Positions 7,736 to 16,121 of a stretch of DNA of 32,000 nucleotides are shown here, one piece after another. Under the pieces are notes generated by a model. That model did not search any database. It was not told the DNA's origin and saw nothing but the letters and a program-made list of their open reading frames with translations. The number at the start of each line of letters is the position of its first letter. The first letter of the stretch is position 1. Both the position numbers and the translations under genes were made by a program. Source of the DNA: Halorhodospira halophila SL1 (GTDB taxonomy: Bacteria; Pseudomonadota; Gammaproteobacteria; Nitrococcales; Halorhodospiraceae); contig NC_008789.1 in the NCBI RefSeq assembly GCF_000015585.1, positions 660,001 through 692,000 on the forward strand, in the 5' to 3' direction.

Positions 7736-7751
7736 TGCAACCCGCGTGCCG
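7736..7751 (-). promoter_or_regulatory. Candidate sigma54 (RpoN) -24/-12 promoter upstream of the acidic small ORF
   Basis: The minus strand reads CCGGCACGCGGGTTGCA, against the consensus YTGGCACGrNNNTTGCW. The GGCACG and TTGCA blocks are exact with correct spacing. It lies about 160 nt upstream of ATG 7576 in the correct orientation, inside the inverted repeat 7729..7763. Confidence 0.4.
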
Positions 7752-7814
7752 GGTTCCAGGTCCTATCTTTGCCTTACCCCCGTTGTCGTCGGATAGCCCG
7801 CCGACTTGAGGGCC

Positions 7815-9050
7815 TCAGGAGGACGAACCGGCGGCGGAGGCGCCGAACTGCTGCCGGGACCCGGCGTCCACCCGGAAGTGCTTGCGATTGAGCTGGAGGA
7901 CCAGCCCGATCGTCGCCGCCTGCACCGTCAGGGCGATGGCCGTCAGCGCCCAGTAGGCGGCCCCGTAGGTCTCGATGACGCCGTGGTGCGCCAGACCGAC
8001 GTTGGTGAAGAAGTGGATCATCACCGCCAGCGCCACCCCCGGGCAGACCAGCGTGTAGGAGCCGGCCGAGCGCTCAGGGCCCACCACGAAGCGGCCGAAG
8101 TAGTTGAACCGGCGCAGGACCACCCAGCCCAGCAGCAGCAGTGCCACCTGCGCAGCCAGGAAGTAGGTCAGCAGCCCCAGGGTCTGGACCCCGCCGGCCT
8201 CAGCCCCGAAGTGGGCCTCGATGCCCGCCGTCTGGCGCACCAGAGTGATGCCGATGATGGTCAGCACAGGCACGCCGATCCACAGGCTGGGGGCACTGAT
8301 CGGATTGGCGTTCTGCTCCATCATCGCGCGGATCCCGAGGACCAGCATGACCGCGCCGGTGATCACCGCAGCGATGAGGAAGAAGCTGGACAGCGCCAGA
8401 CTGAACGCCGCCGTGGCCGGGACGCTGCTCATCCCCGCCGGTGCCGCCAGGCCGACGCCCACCATCGACAGGGCAAAGGCCGGCAGCGCCTGAGCCAGGC
8501 TGTTGTCGGCGGCGCAATCACAGTCGCTCTCGGTAAGCACCCGGCCCCAGAAATCGCCGAGCTGGCGCAGGGCCCAGCCGCCGACGACCAGGAAGGCGAC
8601 CATGGCCGCGGGGAAGAGCCACTCGACGATGGCCGACAGTCCCGGGACGAAGACCATGCCGAGGACGAAGCCCACGTTGATGGTCATGGCCACGGTCAGC
8701 GGCGCGGCGAGCAGCTGCACCTCCGTCCGGTTGCCGCGCATGTTCTTGAGGTAGGCATCCGTCCTGAGGAACCGCCGATGCTCGCGGATATTCCAGAACA
8801 GCAGCCGGAAGTGGATGAACGCCATCGCCAGGATGCCCGCCCAGGCCAGCACGATAGCCGTCTGCAGGCCGGTGTGGCCACTCTGCAGGGCGGCGGCGAT
8901 ATCCTCGAAGAACGGCACCATCCCCTCGGACGGCACCCAGAACATCAGCCACATGAAGAACGACACGGTCAGCCCGCCGGCGCCGAGCGCCGCGAGCCAG
9001 TAGAGCGGGGAGTAATTCTCCCCCAGGTCCTTGGGCAGTCGATGGAACAT
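7815..9050 (-). CDS. Multi-pass membrane protein, tentatively TehA/Mae1/SLAC1 (TDT)-like transporter
   Basis: 411 aa with about 10-11 hydrophobic segments and a strong SD (GGGAGGA) before ATG 9050. The family assignment rests on general architecture only. A CDC motif (ESDCDCAAD) lies in a loop. Confidence 0.75.
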   Translation of the reverse strand: MFHRLPKDLGENYSPLYWLAALGAGGLTVSFFMWLMFWVPSEGMVPFFEDIAAALQSGHTGLQTAIVLAWAGILAMAFIHFRLLFWNIREHRRFLRTDAYLKNMRGNRTEVQLLAAPLTVAMTINVGFVLGMVFVPGLSAIVEWLFPAAMVAFLVVGGWALRQLGDFWGRVLTESDCDCAADNSLAQALPAFALSMVGVGLAAPAGMSSVPATAAFSLALSSFFLIAAVITGAVMLVLGIRAMMEQNANPISAPSLWIGVPVLTIIGITLVRQTAGIEAHFGAEAGGVQTLGLLTYFLAAQVALLLLGWVVLRRFNYFGRFVVGPERSAGSYTLVCPGVALAVMIHFFTNVGLAHHGVIETYGAAYWALTAIALTVQAATIGLVLQLNRKHFRVDAGSRQQFGASAAGSSS

Positions 9051-9119
9051 GGTTCCTCCCTTGCGTTGTCAGGTTGCCGATTCGGGTGGCTTGCGACCGC
9101 ATCAACGTTCTTGAATACG

Positions 9120-9149
9120 ATTGTATGCGTATATTCGAAATTAGGTCAA
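9120..9149 (-). promoter_or_regulatory. Candidate sigma70 promoter for the membrane-protein gene
   Basis: The minus strand reads TTGACC-n18-TACAAT within a local AT-rich patch, about 70 nt upstream of ATG 9050. It overlaps an imperfect palindrome, GAATACG..CGTATATTC. Confidence 0.45.
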
Positions 9150-9178
9150 AGGGGTGACCGCGCACCCCGCGAGGGGAA

Positions 9179-10771
9179 TCAGCTGGAGAGGAAGGCGGCA
9201 GCCAGGAGGGCCTGGGTGTACGCCGTTTGCGGCGCGCCGAACACCGATGCGGCCGGCCCGCGCTCGACCACCCGGCCGGCCCGCATGACGATGACCTCGT
9301 GGGCCAGGGCGCGGACCACCTGTAGGTCGTGGCTGATGAAGAGGTAGGCCAGGCCATGGCGGCGCTGCAGATCGCGGAGCAGATCGACGATCTGCGCCTG
9401 CACCGAGACATCCAGCGCTGAGGTCGGCTCGTCGAGAACAACCACCTGCGGCTCGAGGACGAGCGCCCGGGCAATGGCAATCCGTTGACGCTGCCCGCCG
9501 GAGAACTCGTGGGGGTAGCGATGGCGGGTCTCGGGGTCGAGCCCGACCTCTTCGAGCACCCGCACGATGCGTGCCCTACGCTCATCGCGACCGAGGCGCG
9601 GATGGTGGAGGTCGAGCCCCTCGCCGACGATGTCGCCCACCGACATGCGCGGCGAGAGGCTGCCGTAGGGGTCCTGGAAGACGATCTGCAGGGCGCTGCG
9701 GTAGGGGCGCAGCTGCCGCGCCGTGCGCCCTTGTAGCTCCTCGCCGCGGAAACGGATGGAGCCGTGGCTGCGCTCCAGACGAAGCAGCGCCAGCCCCAGG
9801 GTCGACTTGCCGGAACCGCTCTCGCCCACCACCGCCACCGTCTGCCCGGCGCGCAGGGTGATGTCGATGCCATCCACGGCACGGACCCAGTCCACCGGTC
9901 GGCGCAGCAGGCCGCCGCGCACCGGGAAGTGCACCCGGATGCCCTCGCCGTGCAGGAGCGCGGGCGCCTGCGGGTCGGCCGCCACCGGCTCCCCGGCGGG
10001 CCGGGCAGCCAGCAACTGCCGGGTGTAGGGGTGCTCGGGACGACTGAACAGGCGCTTTGCCTCGGCGCGCTCGACGATCTCGCCCTGGCGCATGACGCAG
10101 ACCCGATCGGCCACCAGCCGGATCACGTCCAGGTCGTGGGTGATGAACAGCAGGGCCATGCCCAGCCGCGCCTGGAGGTCGGCGAGCAGGCGCAGGATCT
10201 GCGACTGAACGGTCACATCCAGGGCCGTGGTGGGTTCGTCAGCAATGAGCAGATCGGGCTCGTTGGCCAGGGCCATGGCGATCATCACCCGCTGACGCTG
10301 TCCACCGGAGAGCTGGTGGGGGTAGGCGGTGAGCATCCGCTGCGGGTCGGGAAGCTGGACCTGCTCGAGCAGGGTCAGCACCCGACGCCGGGCTGCCGTC
10401 CGGTCCAGACCGCGATGGACCAGCAGGGTCTCGCGGATCTGCTTCTCCACCGTGTGCAGCGGATTGAGCGAACTCATCGGCTCCTGGAAGATCATGCCGA
10501 TGCGCCCCCCGCGATGCTCGCGGAGTACCGGCTCAGGAGCGCCGAGCAGCTCGCGGCCGCGGAAGCGGATCGAGCCGGCCGGATGCCGCGCCCACGGGTA
10601 CGGCAGCAGCTGCAGTACCGAGTGCGCGGTCACCGACTTACCCGAGCCGCTCTCCCCGACCAGGCCGACGGTCTCACCAGCGGCGATCTCCAGATCCACC
10701 CCGCGCACCGCCGGTGCAGCATCGCCGAAGGCCACCTGCAGGTCACGGATGCTCAGCAACGGCTCAACCAC
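9179..10771 (-). CDS. yejF: ABC transporter ATP-binding protein with duplicated ATPase domains (YejF type)
   Basis: 530 aa with two Walker A motifs (GESGSGKS twice), two LSGGQRQR signatures and two Walker B motifs. The GTG start at 10771 overlaps the yejE stop by 8 nt. Confidence 0.9.
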   Translation of the reverse strand: MVEPLLSIRDLQVAFGDAAPAVRGVDLEIAAGETVGLVGESGSGKSVTAHSVLQLLPYPWARHPAGSIRFRGRELLGAPEPVLREHRGGRIGMIFQEPMSSLNPLHTVEKQIRETLLVHRGLDRTAARRRVLTLLEQVQLPDPQRMLTAYPHQLSGGQRQRVMIAMALANEPDLLIADEPTTALDVTVQSQILRLLADLQARLGMALLFITHDLDVIRLVADRVCVMRQGEIVERAEAKRLFSRPEHPYTRQLLAARPAGEPVAADPQAPALLHGEGIRVHFPVRGGLLRRPVDWVRAVDGIDITLRAGQTVAVVGESGSGKSTLGLALLRLERSHGSIRFRGEELQGRTARQLRPYRSALQIVFQDPYGSLSPRMSVGDIVGEGLDLHHPRLGRDERRARIVRVLEEVGLDPETRHRYPHEFSGGQRQRIAIARALVLEPQVVVLDEPTSALDVSVQAQIVDLLRDLQRRHGLAYLFISHDLQVVRALAHEVIVMRAGRVVERGPAASVFGAPQTAYTQALLAAAFLSS

Positions 10772-11807
10772 GGTCGCCCCCCTGCGCCTTGCGCGGATCG
10801 AAGGCGTCGCGGGCCGCCTCGCCGACGAAGATCAGCAGCGACAGCAACAGCGCCAGGCTGAGAAAGGCCGAGATGCCCAGCCAGGGCGCGTGCAGATTGT
10901 CCTTGCCCTGCTGCAGCAGCTCCCCCAGCGACGGCGACCCCGGGGGGAGGCCGAAGCCGAGGAAGTCCAGCGAGGTCAGCGTGGTGATCGAGCCGTTCAT
11001 GATGAACGGCAGGAAGGTCAGCGTGGCCACCATGGCGTTGGGCAGCACATGGCGGAACAGCACCCGCAGGTGCCCTGCCCCCAGCGCCCGGGCCGCCTTG
11101 ACGTACTCCAGATTCCGCGCACGCAGCACCTCGGCGCGCACCACCCCCACCAGGCTGACCCACTGGAACAGCAGCAGGATGAACAGCAGCCACCAGAAGC
11201 TGGGCTCGATCAGCGCCGAGGCGATGATGATGATGTAGAGCGCCGGCAGGCCCGACCAGATCTCGACGATCCGCTGACCAAAGAGATCCGTCTTACCGCC
11301 GAAATACCCCTGCAGCGCGGCCACCACCACGCCGATCACCGAGCTGGCCACGGTCAGCAGCAGTGCGAAGACCACCGAGATCCGGAACCCGTAGAGGATG
11401 CGCGCCGACACATCCCGACCCATATCGTCGGTCCCCAGCCAGTTCTCCGCCGAGGGCGGCGCCGGGGCTGGCTCCGGCAGGCCGTAGTGCACGGTATCGT
11501 AGCTGTAGCGGATGGGGGGCCACAGCGCCCAGCCCCCGGCATCGATCAGCCCCTGCACGTGCGGGTCCCGGTAGACCGCCTCCGTGGGCAGCTCGCCGCC
11601 GAACTCCGTCTCCGGGATCGACTCGACCACCGGGAAGTACAGGCTGCCCTCGAACCAGACCACCAGTGGCCGGTCGTTGGCGATGAGCTCGGCGAACAGG
11701 CTGACCACAAACAGCCCGACAAAGATCCACAGTGCCCACCAACCGCGACGGTTGGCACGGAACCGGGCCAGGCGACGCTGATTGATCGGCGACAGGGACG
11801 GACCCAC
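10764..11807 (-). CDS. yejE: Peptide ABC transporter permease (YejE type)
   Basis: 347 aa. The N-terminus LSPINQRRLARFRANRRGWWALWIF is typical of YejE, and it is a binding-protein-dependent permease. The GTG start has GGAGG upstream. Confidence 0.9.
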   Translation of the reverse strand: MGPSLSPINQRRLARFRANRRGWWALWIFVGLFVVSLFAELIANDRPLVVWFEGSLYFPVVESIPETEFGGELPTEAVYRDPHVQGLIDAGGWALWPPIRYSYDTVHYGLPEPAPAPPSAENWLGTDDMGRDVSARILYGFRISVVFALLLTVASSVIGVVVAALQGYFGGKTDLFGQRIVEIWSGLPALYIIIIASALIEPSFWWLLFILLLFQWVSLVGVVRAEVLRARNLEYVKAARALGAGHLRVLFRHVLPNAMVATLTFLPFIMNGSITTLTSLDFLGFGLPPGSPSLGELLQQGKDNLHAPWLGISAFLSLALLLSLLIFVGEAARDAFDPRKAQGGDRG

Positions 11808-11811
11808 CGGC

Positions 11812-12909
11812 TCAGACCTCCCGGGTCTCGAAATCGATGCGCGGGTCGACGGCGACGTACATCAGATCGCCGACGAGGTTCAGCACCAGCCCGAGCAGGG
11901 TGAAGATGAACAGGGTCCCGAACATCACCGGGTAATCCCGGTCCACCGCCGCCTCGAACCCGAGCAGCCCCAGCCCCTCCAGCGAGAAGATCACCTCGAT
12001 GAGCAGCGCACCGGTGAACAGGGTCGAGACGAAGGCCGCCGGGAAGCCGGCGATAACGATGAGCATGGCGTTGCGGAAGACGTGGCCGTACAGCACCCGG
12101 CGCTCGGTGACCCCCTTGGCACGGGCGGTCACCACGTACTGCTTGTGGATCTCTTCAAGGAAGGAGTTCTTGGTGAGCATGGTCAGCCCGGCAAAGCCGC
12201 CGATGACCATGGCCAACACGGGCAAGGCGATGTGGTGCAGGTAGTCGAGGATGCGCATGGGCCAGGAGAGCTCCGCCCACCCCTCGGAGACCAGTCCGCG
12301 CAGCGGGAAGAGGTCGAGATAGGTGCCCCCCGCAAAGAGGATGATCAACAGGATGGCGAACAGGAACCCCGGCACGGCATAACCGATAATCACCAGCGCC
12401 GAGGTCCAGACATCGAAGGGCGATCCGTCGCGCACCGCTTTGCGGATGCCCAGCGGGATGGAGATAAGATAGACCAGCAACAGGGTCCACAGCCCCAGGG
12501 AGATGGATACCGGCAGCGCCTCGGCGATGAGTTCGAGGACCGACTGATCCCGGTAGAAGCTGTCGCCGAAGTCCAGGGTCAGGTAATTGCCCATCATGGT
12601 CAGGAACCGCTCGTGGGCAGGCAGATCGAAACCGAACTGCCGTTCCAGCTCGGCGAGCAGCTCTGGGTCCATGCCGTGACCACCGCGATAGCCACCCTCG
12701 GCCTCGCCGAAGGCCGCCCCCACCTCGCCGCCGGAGCCGGCCACGCGGGCGGTCGCCTCGACCCCGGTGCCGGCCAGCTCAGCGGTGATCCGCTCGATGG
12801 GCCCGCCCGGGGCGGCCTGCACAATCAAAAAGTTGATGACCATGATCCCGAGCAGGGTCGGGATCATCAGCAGCAGGCGACGCAGGATATAGGCCGGCAT
12901 ATTCCCCAT
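11812..12909 (-). CDS. yejB: Peptide ABC transporter permease (YejB type)
   Basis: 365 aa. The N-terminus [34 protein letters not shown] is DppB/OppB/YejB-like. The start could instead be the ATG at 12900. Confidence 0.9.
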   Translation of the reverse strand: MGNMPAYILRRLLLMIPTLLGIMVINFLIVQAAPGGPIERITAELAGTGVEATARVAGSGGEVGAAFGEAEGGYRGGHGMDPELLAELERQFGFDLPAHERFLTMMGNYLTLDFGDSFYRDQSVLELIAEALPVSISLGLWTLLLVYLISIPLGIRKAVRDGSPFDVWTSALVIIGYAVPGFLFAILLIILFAGGTYLDLFPLRGLVSEGWAELSWPMRILDYLHHIALPVLAMVIGGFAGLTMLTKNSFLEEIHKQYVVTARAKGVTERRVLYGHVFRNAMLIVIAGFPAAFVSTLFTGALLIEVIFSLEGLGLLGFEAAVDRDYPVMFGTLFIFTLLGLVLNLVGDLMYVAVDPRIDFETREV

Positions 12910-12912
12910 CCG

Positions 12913-14814
12913 CTATCGGACCGACCGCGGGCCGTTGGCCTCGCGCAGCCGTTGCTCCTTGTCCGGGTCGACCCACCAGGTATCGAACCCCAGTCCGTAC
13001 TTCGGGGCCGTCTCCGGCCGCCCGAACTTGTCCCAGTAGGCGACCCGATGGACCGGGGTATGCCAGTTGGGGATCACGTAGTGGCCGGCGAGTAGGACGC
13101 GGTCCAGGGCGCGGGTCAGGTGGACCAGCTCATCGCGATCCTCAGCGGAGACCAGGCGTTCGACCAGTTCGTCGACCACCGGGTCCCGCACCCCGGCGTA
13201 GTTCCGGCTGCCCGGTTCGTCAGCGGCCTCGGAACTCCAGTACATGGCCTGCTCGTGACCCGGCGAGGGCGATTGCGGCAGCACCACCACAGCCATATCG
13301 AACTCGAAGTGATCCAGCCGGTACTGGTACTGGGTGGTATCCACCGTGCGCACCCGCGCCAGGACTCCGATGCGCCGAAGGTTCTGGACGAACGGCAGGG
13401 CCACGCGCTCGAAGCTCGGGTTGACCAGGAGCAGCTCGAAGACCAGCGGCCGACCGCTGTCCCGGTGACGCAGGATGCCGTCGTCCCCCACCGACCAGCC
13501 GGCCTCCTTGAGGATGCGGAGCGCCTTGAGCAGATTCTCGCGGTTCCAGCCCGAGCCGTCGGTGACCGGCGGCCGGTACGGCTCGAAGACCGCCTCGGGG
13601 AGCTCCTCCCGGAAGGGGGCGAGGATCGCCTGCTCGGCCTCGCCCGGTGCACCGCGAGCTGCCAACTCCGAGTTTTCGAAGTAGCTCGCCGTACGCGTAT
13701 ACGCCGAGTGGAACAGCTGGCGGTTGGTCCACTCGAAGTCGAAGGCGTAGCTCAGTGCCCGACGCACCTCGCGGTCCTCGAAGACCGGGCGACGGGTGTT
13801 GAAGACGAACCCCTGCATCCCCGCCGGGCGGCTGTGCTCGATCTCCTCGAGAACCATGCGTCCTTCGCGCTGCGCCGAGGTCTCGTAACCGGTGGCCCAG
13901 TGGCGGGCAGTATACTCCTCGCGCAGATCGAACTCCCCGGCGCGGAAGGCCTCCAGCGCAACGGTGGCGTCTCGGTAAAAGTCGTAGCGCAGGCGGTCGA
14001 AATTGAACCGCCCGCGACGCACGGGCAGGTCTTCCGCCCAGTAGTCCTCCACCCGCTCGTAGGTGATGCTGCGCCCGGGACGGGCCTCGGCGATCCGGTA
14101 GGGCCCACTGCCCAACGGCGGCTGCATGGTGGTCCGGCTGAAATCGCGTTCCTCCCAGTAATGCTGAGGCAGCACCGGCAGCTCGCCCATGATCAGCGGC
14201 AATTCGGGATTGCCGGCGTGGGCGAACTCGAAACGCACCCGATGACGACCCTCGGCCTCGGCGGACTCGACGTGGCGGTAGTAGGAGCGCAACCTGGGGT
14301 GCCCGTGCTCACGGAGCACTTCGAAACTGAAGACCACGTCATCGGCGGTGATCGGTTCACCGTCGTGGAAACGGGCCTCCTCACGCAGCTTGAACTCGAC
14401 CCAGGCGTTGTCCTCGGCCACCTCCACGCGTTCGGCGATCAGCCCGTAGACAGAAAACGGTTCATCATCGGCGTGGACCATCAGGGTATCGATCACCATC
14501 CCCAGACCCGGCGGTTTGGTCCCGCGCAGGATGTAGCCGTTGAGGCTATCGTAACTCCCCCGCGCCTCGCGGATGACCGTACCCCCCTTGGGGGCCTTCG
14601 GGTTGACGTAGTCGAAGTGGGAGAAGTCCGGCGGGTATTTGGGCTCGCCGTGCAACGCCAGGCCGTGGACGCCCGGGGCGTCCTCCTCGTTGCCGGTCGC
14701 GGCGGAGAGCGGGAGCAGAACCGTCAGGAACACCGCCGCCATCACGGCCGCCCAACAGGGCGGAGAATGCCGGGGAGCGCAGCGCCTGCGGGGGAATGGG
14801 AGCATGCTCGACAT
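12913..14814 (-). CDS. yejA: Periplasmic peptide-binding protein of the ABC importer (YejA type, family 5 SBP)
   Basis: The start was moved to ATG 14814 (residue 60 of ORF 12913..14991). This gives a signal-peptide-like N-terminus ([11 protein letters not shown]...[20 protein letters not shown]). The longer ORF would run across the fabI start region. Confidence 0.85.
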   Translation of the reverse strand: MSSMLPFPRRRCAPRHSPPCWAAVMAAVFLTVLLPLSAATGNEEDAPGVHGLALHGEPKYPPDFSHFDYVNPKAPKGGTVIREARGSYDSLNGYILRGTKPPGLGMVIDTLMVHADDEPFSVYGLIAERVEVAEDNAWVEFKLREEARFHDGEPITADDVVFSFEVLREHGHPRLRSYYRHVESAEAEGRHRVRFEFAHAGNPELPLIMGELPVLPQHYWEERDFSRTTMQPPLGSGPYRIAEARPGRSITYERVEDYWAEDLPVRRGRFNFDRLRYDFYRDATVALEAFRAGEFDLREEYTARHWATGYETSAQREGRMVLEEIEHSRPAGMQGFVFNTRRPVFEDREVRRALSYAFDFEWTNRQLFHSAYTRTASYFENSELAARGAPGEAEQAILAPFREELPEAVFEPYRPPVTDGSGWNRENLLKALRILKEAGWSVGDDGILRHRDSGRPLVFELLLVNPSFERVALPFVQNLRRIGVLARVRTVDTTQYQYRLDHFEFDMAVVVLPQSPSPGHEQAMYWSSEAADEPGSRNYAGVRDPVVDELVERLVSAEDRDELVHLTRALDRVLLAGHYVIPNWHTPVHRVAYWDKFGRPETAPKYGLGFDTWWVDPDKEQRLREANGPRSVR

Positions 14815-14878
14815 GTTATCATCCCCGGCGTTTCGCCCTTGGCACGCGCAAGCAAGCAACAGTTGCCGGAGAGCAGAT

Positions 14879-15670
14879 ATGGGATTCCTGCAGAACAAGC
14901 GCATCCTCGTCGTCGGTGTCGCCAGTGACCGCTCCATCGCCTGGGGCATCGCCGAGGCGATGCACCAGCAAGGCGCCGAACTCGCCTTCACCTATCAGAA
15001 CGAAAAGCTCCAGGACCGGGTGACCAAGCTGGCCGCGTCGGTGGACAGCGAGCTGGTCTTCCCTTGCGATGTCAGCTCCGACGAGCAGATCGAGTCGGTC
15101 TTCTCTGAGCTTAGCAAGCACTGGACCGATGGCATCGACGGCATCGTCCACGCCGTGGCCTTCGCACCGCGCGAGGAGCTCGCCGGCTCGTTCGTGGACA
15201 ACACCACGCGCGAGGGCTTCCGAACCTCCCACGAGATCTCGGCGTACAGCTTCGTGGCCCTGGCGCGCTGCGGGCGGGAGATGCTGCGCCAGCGTCAGGG
15301 GTCGTTGCTCACCCTGACCTACCTCGGCGGCGAGCGGGCCCTGCCCAACTACAACGTCATGGGTGCGGCGAAGGCCAGCCTGGAGTCGACCACCCGCTAC
15401 ATGGCCGCAGATCTGGGTCCGGAGGGCATCCGGGTCAACGCCATCTCGGCCGGGCCGATCCGGACGCTGGCGGCTTCGGGGATCGGCAGCTTCAAACAGA
15501 TGATGAACTTCAACGAGCAGGCGGCGCCGTTGCGCAAGAACGTCTCCACCGAGGAGGTGGGGCACGTGGGCGCGTTCCTCTGCTCGGACCTGGCTTCGGG
15601 GGTTACCGGCGAGGTGGTGCACGTCGACGGCGGCTTCCACTGCGTCGCCCTGTCGGGCGCGGAGCTCTAA
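14879..15670 (+). CDS. fabI: Enoyl-[acyl-carrier-protein] reductase (NADH), FabI
   Basis: [28 protein letters not shown]... with SDR-family FabI blocks ([33 protein letters not shown]). ATG 14879 is preceded by GGAGAG. Confidence 0.95.
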   Translation: MGFLQNKRILVVGVASDRSIAWGIAEAMHQQGAELAFTYQNEKLQDRVTKLAASVDSELVFPCDVSSDEQIESVFSELSKHWTDGIDGIVHAVAFAPREELAGSFVDNTTREGFRTSHEISAYSFVALARCGREMLRQRQGSLLTLTYLGGERALPNYNVMGAAKASLESTTRYMAADLGPEGIRVNAISAGPIRTLAASGIGSFKQMMNFNEQAAPLRKNVSTEEVGHVGAFLCSDLASGVTGEVVHVDGGFHCVALSGAEL

Positions 15671-15706
15671 GGCGCCGGGCCGCACGGCAATCCGGCGCTG
15701 AACCAG

Positions 15707-15741
15707 AAAGGCCCCGCGGCGTGAGCTGCGGGGCCTTTTAC
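15707..15741 (+). terminator. Rho-independent terminator downstream of fabI
   Basis: AAAGGCCCCGC-ggcgtgagct-GCGGGGCCTTT followed by TACGTT. It has a perfect 11-bp stem and lies 37 nt after the fabI stop. Confidence 0.7.
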
Positions 15742-15820
15742 GTTGGGCCGTGTCGCGCCGCGGACGCTGGATGACGGTGAAGAGCGGCGCCTGACGGGAT
15801 CGTCGCGCCATCCAGGGAGC

Positions 15821-16032
15821 GGTGAGCCCCCCGTCACCGGGGGCGGACGAGCGCGCCGCTTTGCGGTCCCCTGCGCGGCTCGCCCGCGCGGGTCGCTCGC
15901 TTAACTCGCTCCGCTGACGCTTCGCTCGGACAACACCTCGCTAAAAGCGCCGACGCCCAGCGTCGGCGCTTTTCCCCGCTCGGGCTACGCTGCTCGGCGC
16001 GCTCAATGCCCCCGGTGACGGGGGGCCTCACC
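15821..16032. repeat. Structured intergenic repeat, copy B (212 bp; inverted relative to copy A)
   Basis: The arms are GGTGAGCCCCCCGTCACCGGGGGC (15821..15844) and GCCCCCGGTGACGGGGGGCCTCACC (16008..16032). They form a 24/25-bp inverted repeat with one indel. The core is homologous to the reverse complement of copy A (shared blocks ATTGAGCGCGC, AGCGAGGTnTTGTCCGAGCG, GAGTTAAGCGAGCG, GCGCGCTCGT). An internal 14-bp hairpin lies at 15943..15973. The element sits between the convergent fabI and ppiD genes. Confidence 0.8.
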
Positions 16033-16121
16033 GCGCCCCACGCCACCGTGACATGCCCGTCCGCCGCCCTCCACCGTCGCCCGGCGCCTGACAGGGGTCC
16101 CGACGCAGCCGCCGCCCCGCG

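Noticed and set aside
7806-14928. Large ORFs in alternative frames or strands across the membrane-protein gene and yejABEF (7806..9347+, 8518..9882-, 9764..10861+, 10329..11903+, 11782..13095+, 13120..14928+)
   Set aside because: Each overlaps a gene with clear family motifs (ABC Walker/signature motifs, permease and SBP patterns). The alternative products are Arg/Pro/Gly/His-rich with no domain signatures.
14815-14991. 59-codon N-terminal extension of the yejA ORF
   Set aside because: The extension would place the start inside fabI (past its ATG at 14879) and lacks signal-peptide character. The internal ATG 14814 yields a typical signal peptide.
14819-15811. 330-aa minus-strand ORF antisense to fabI
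   Set aside because: FabI on the plus strand is unambiguous. The antisense product is Arg/Ala/Gly-rich.
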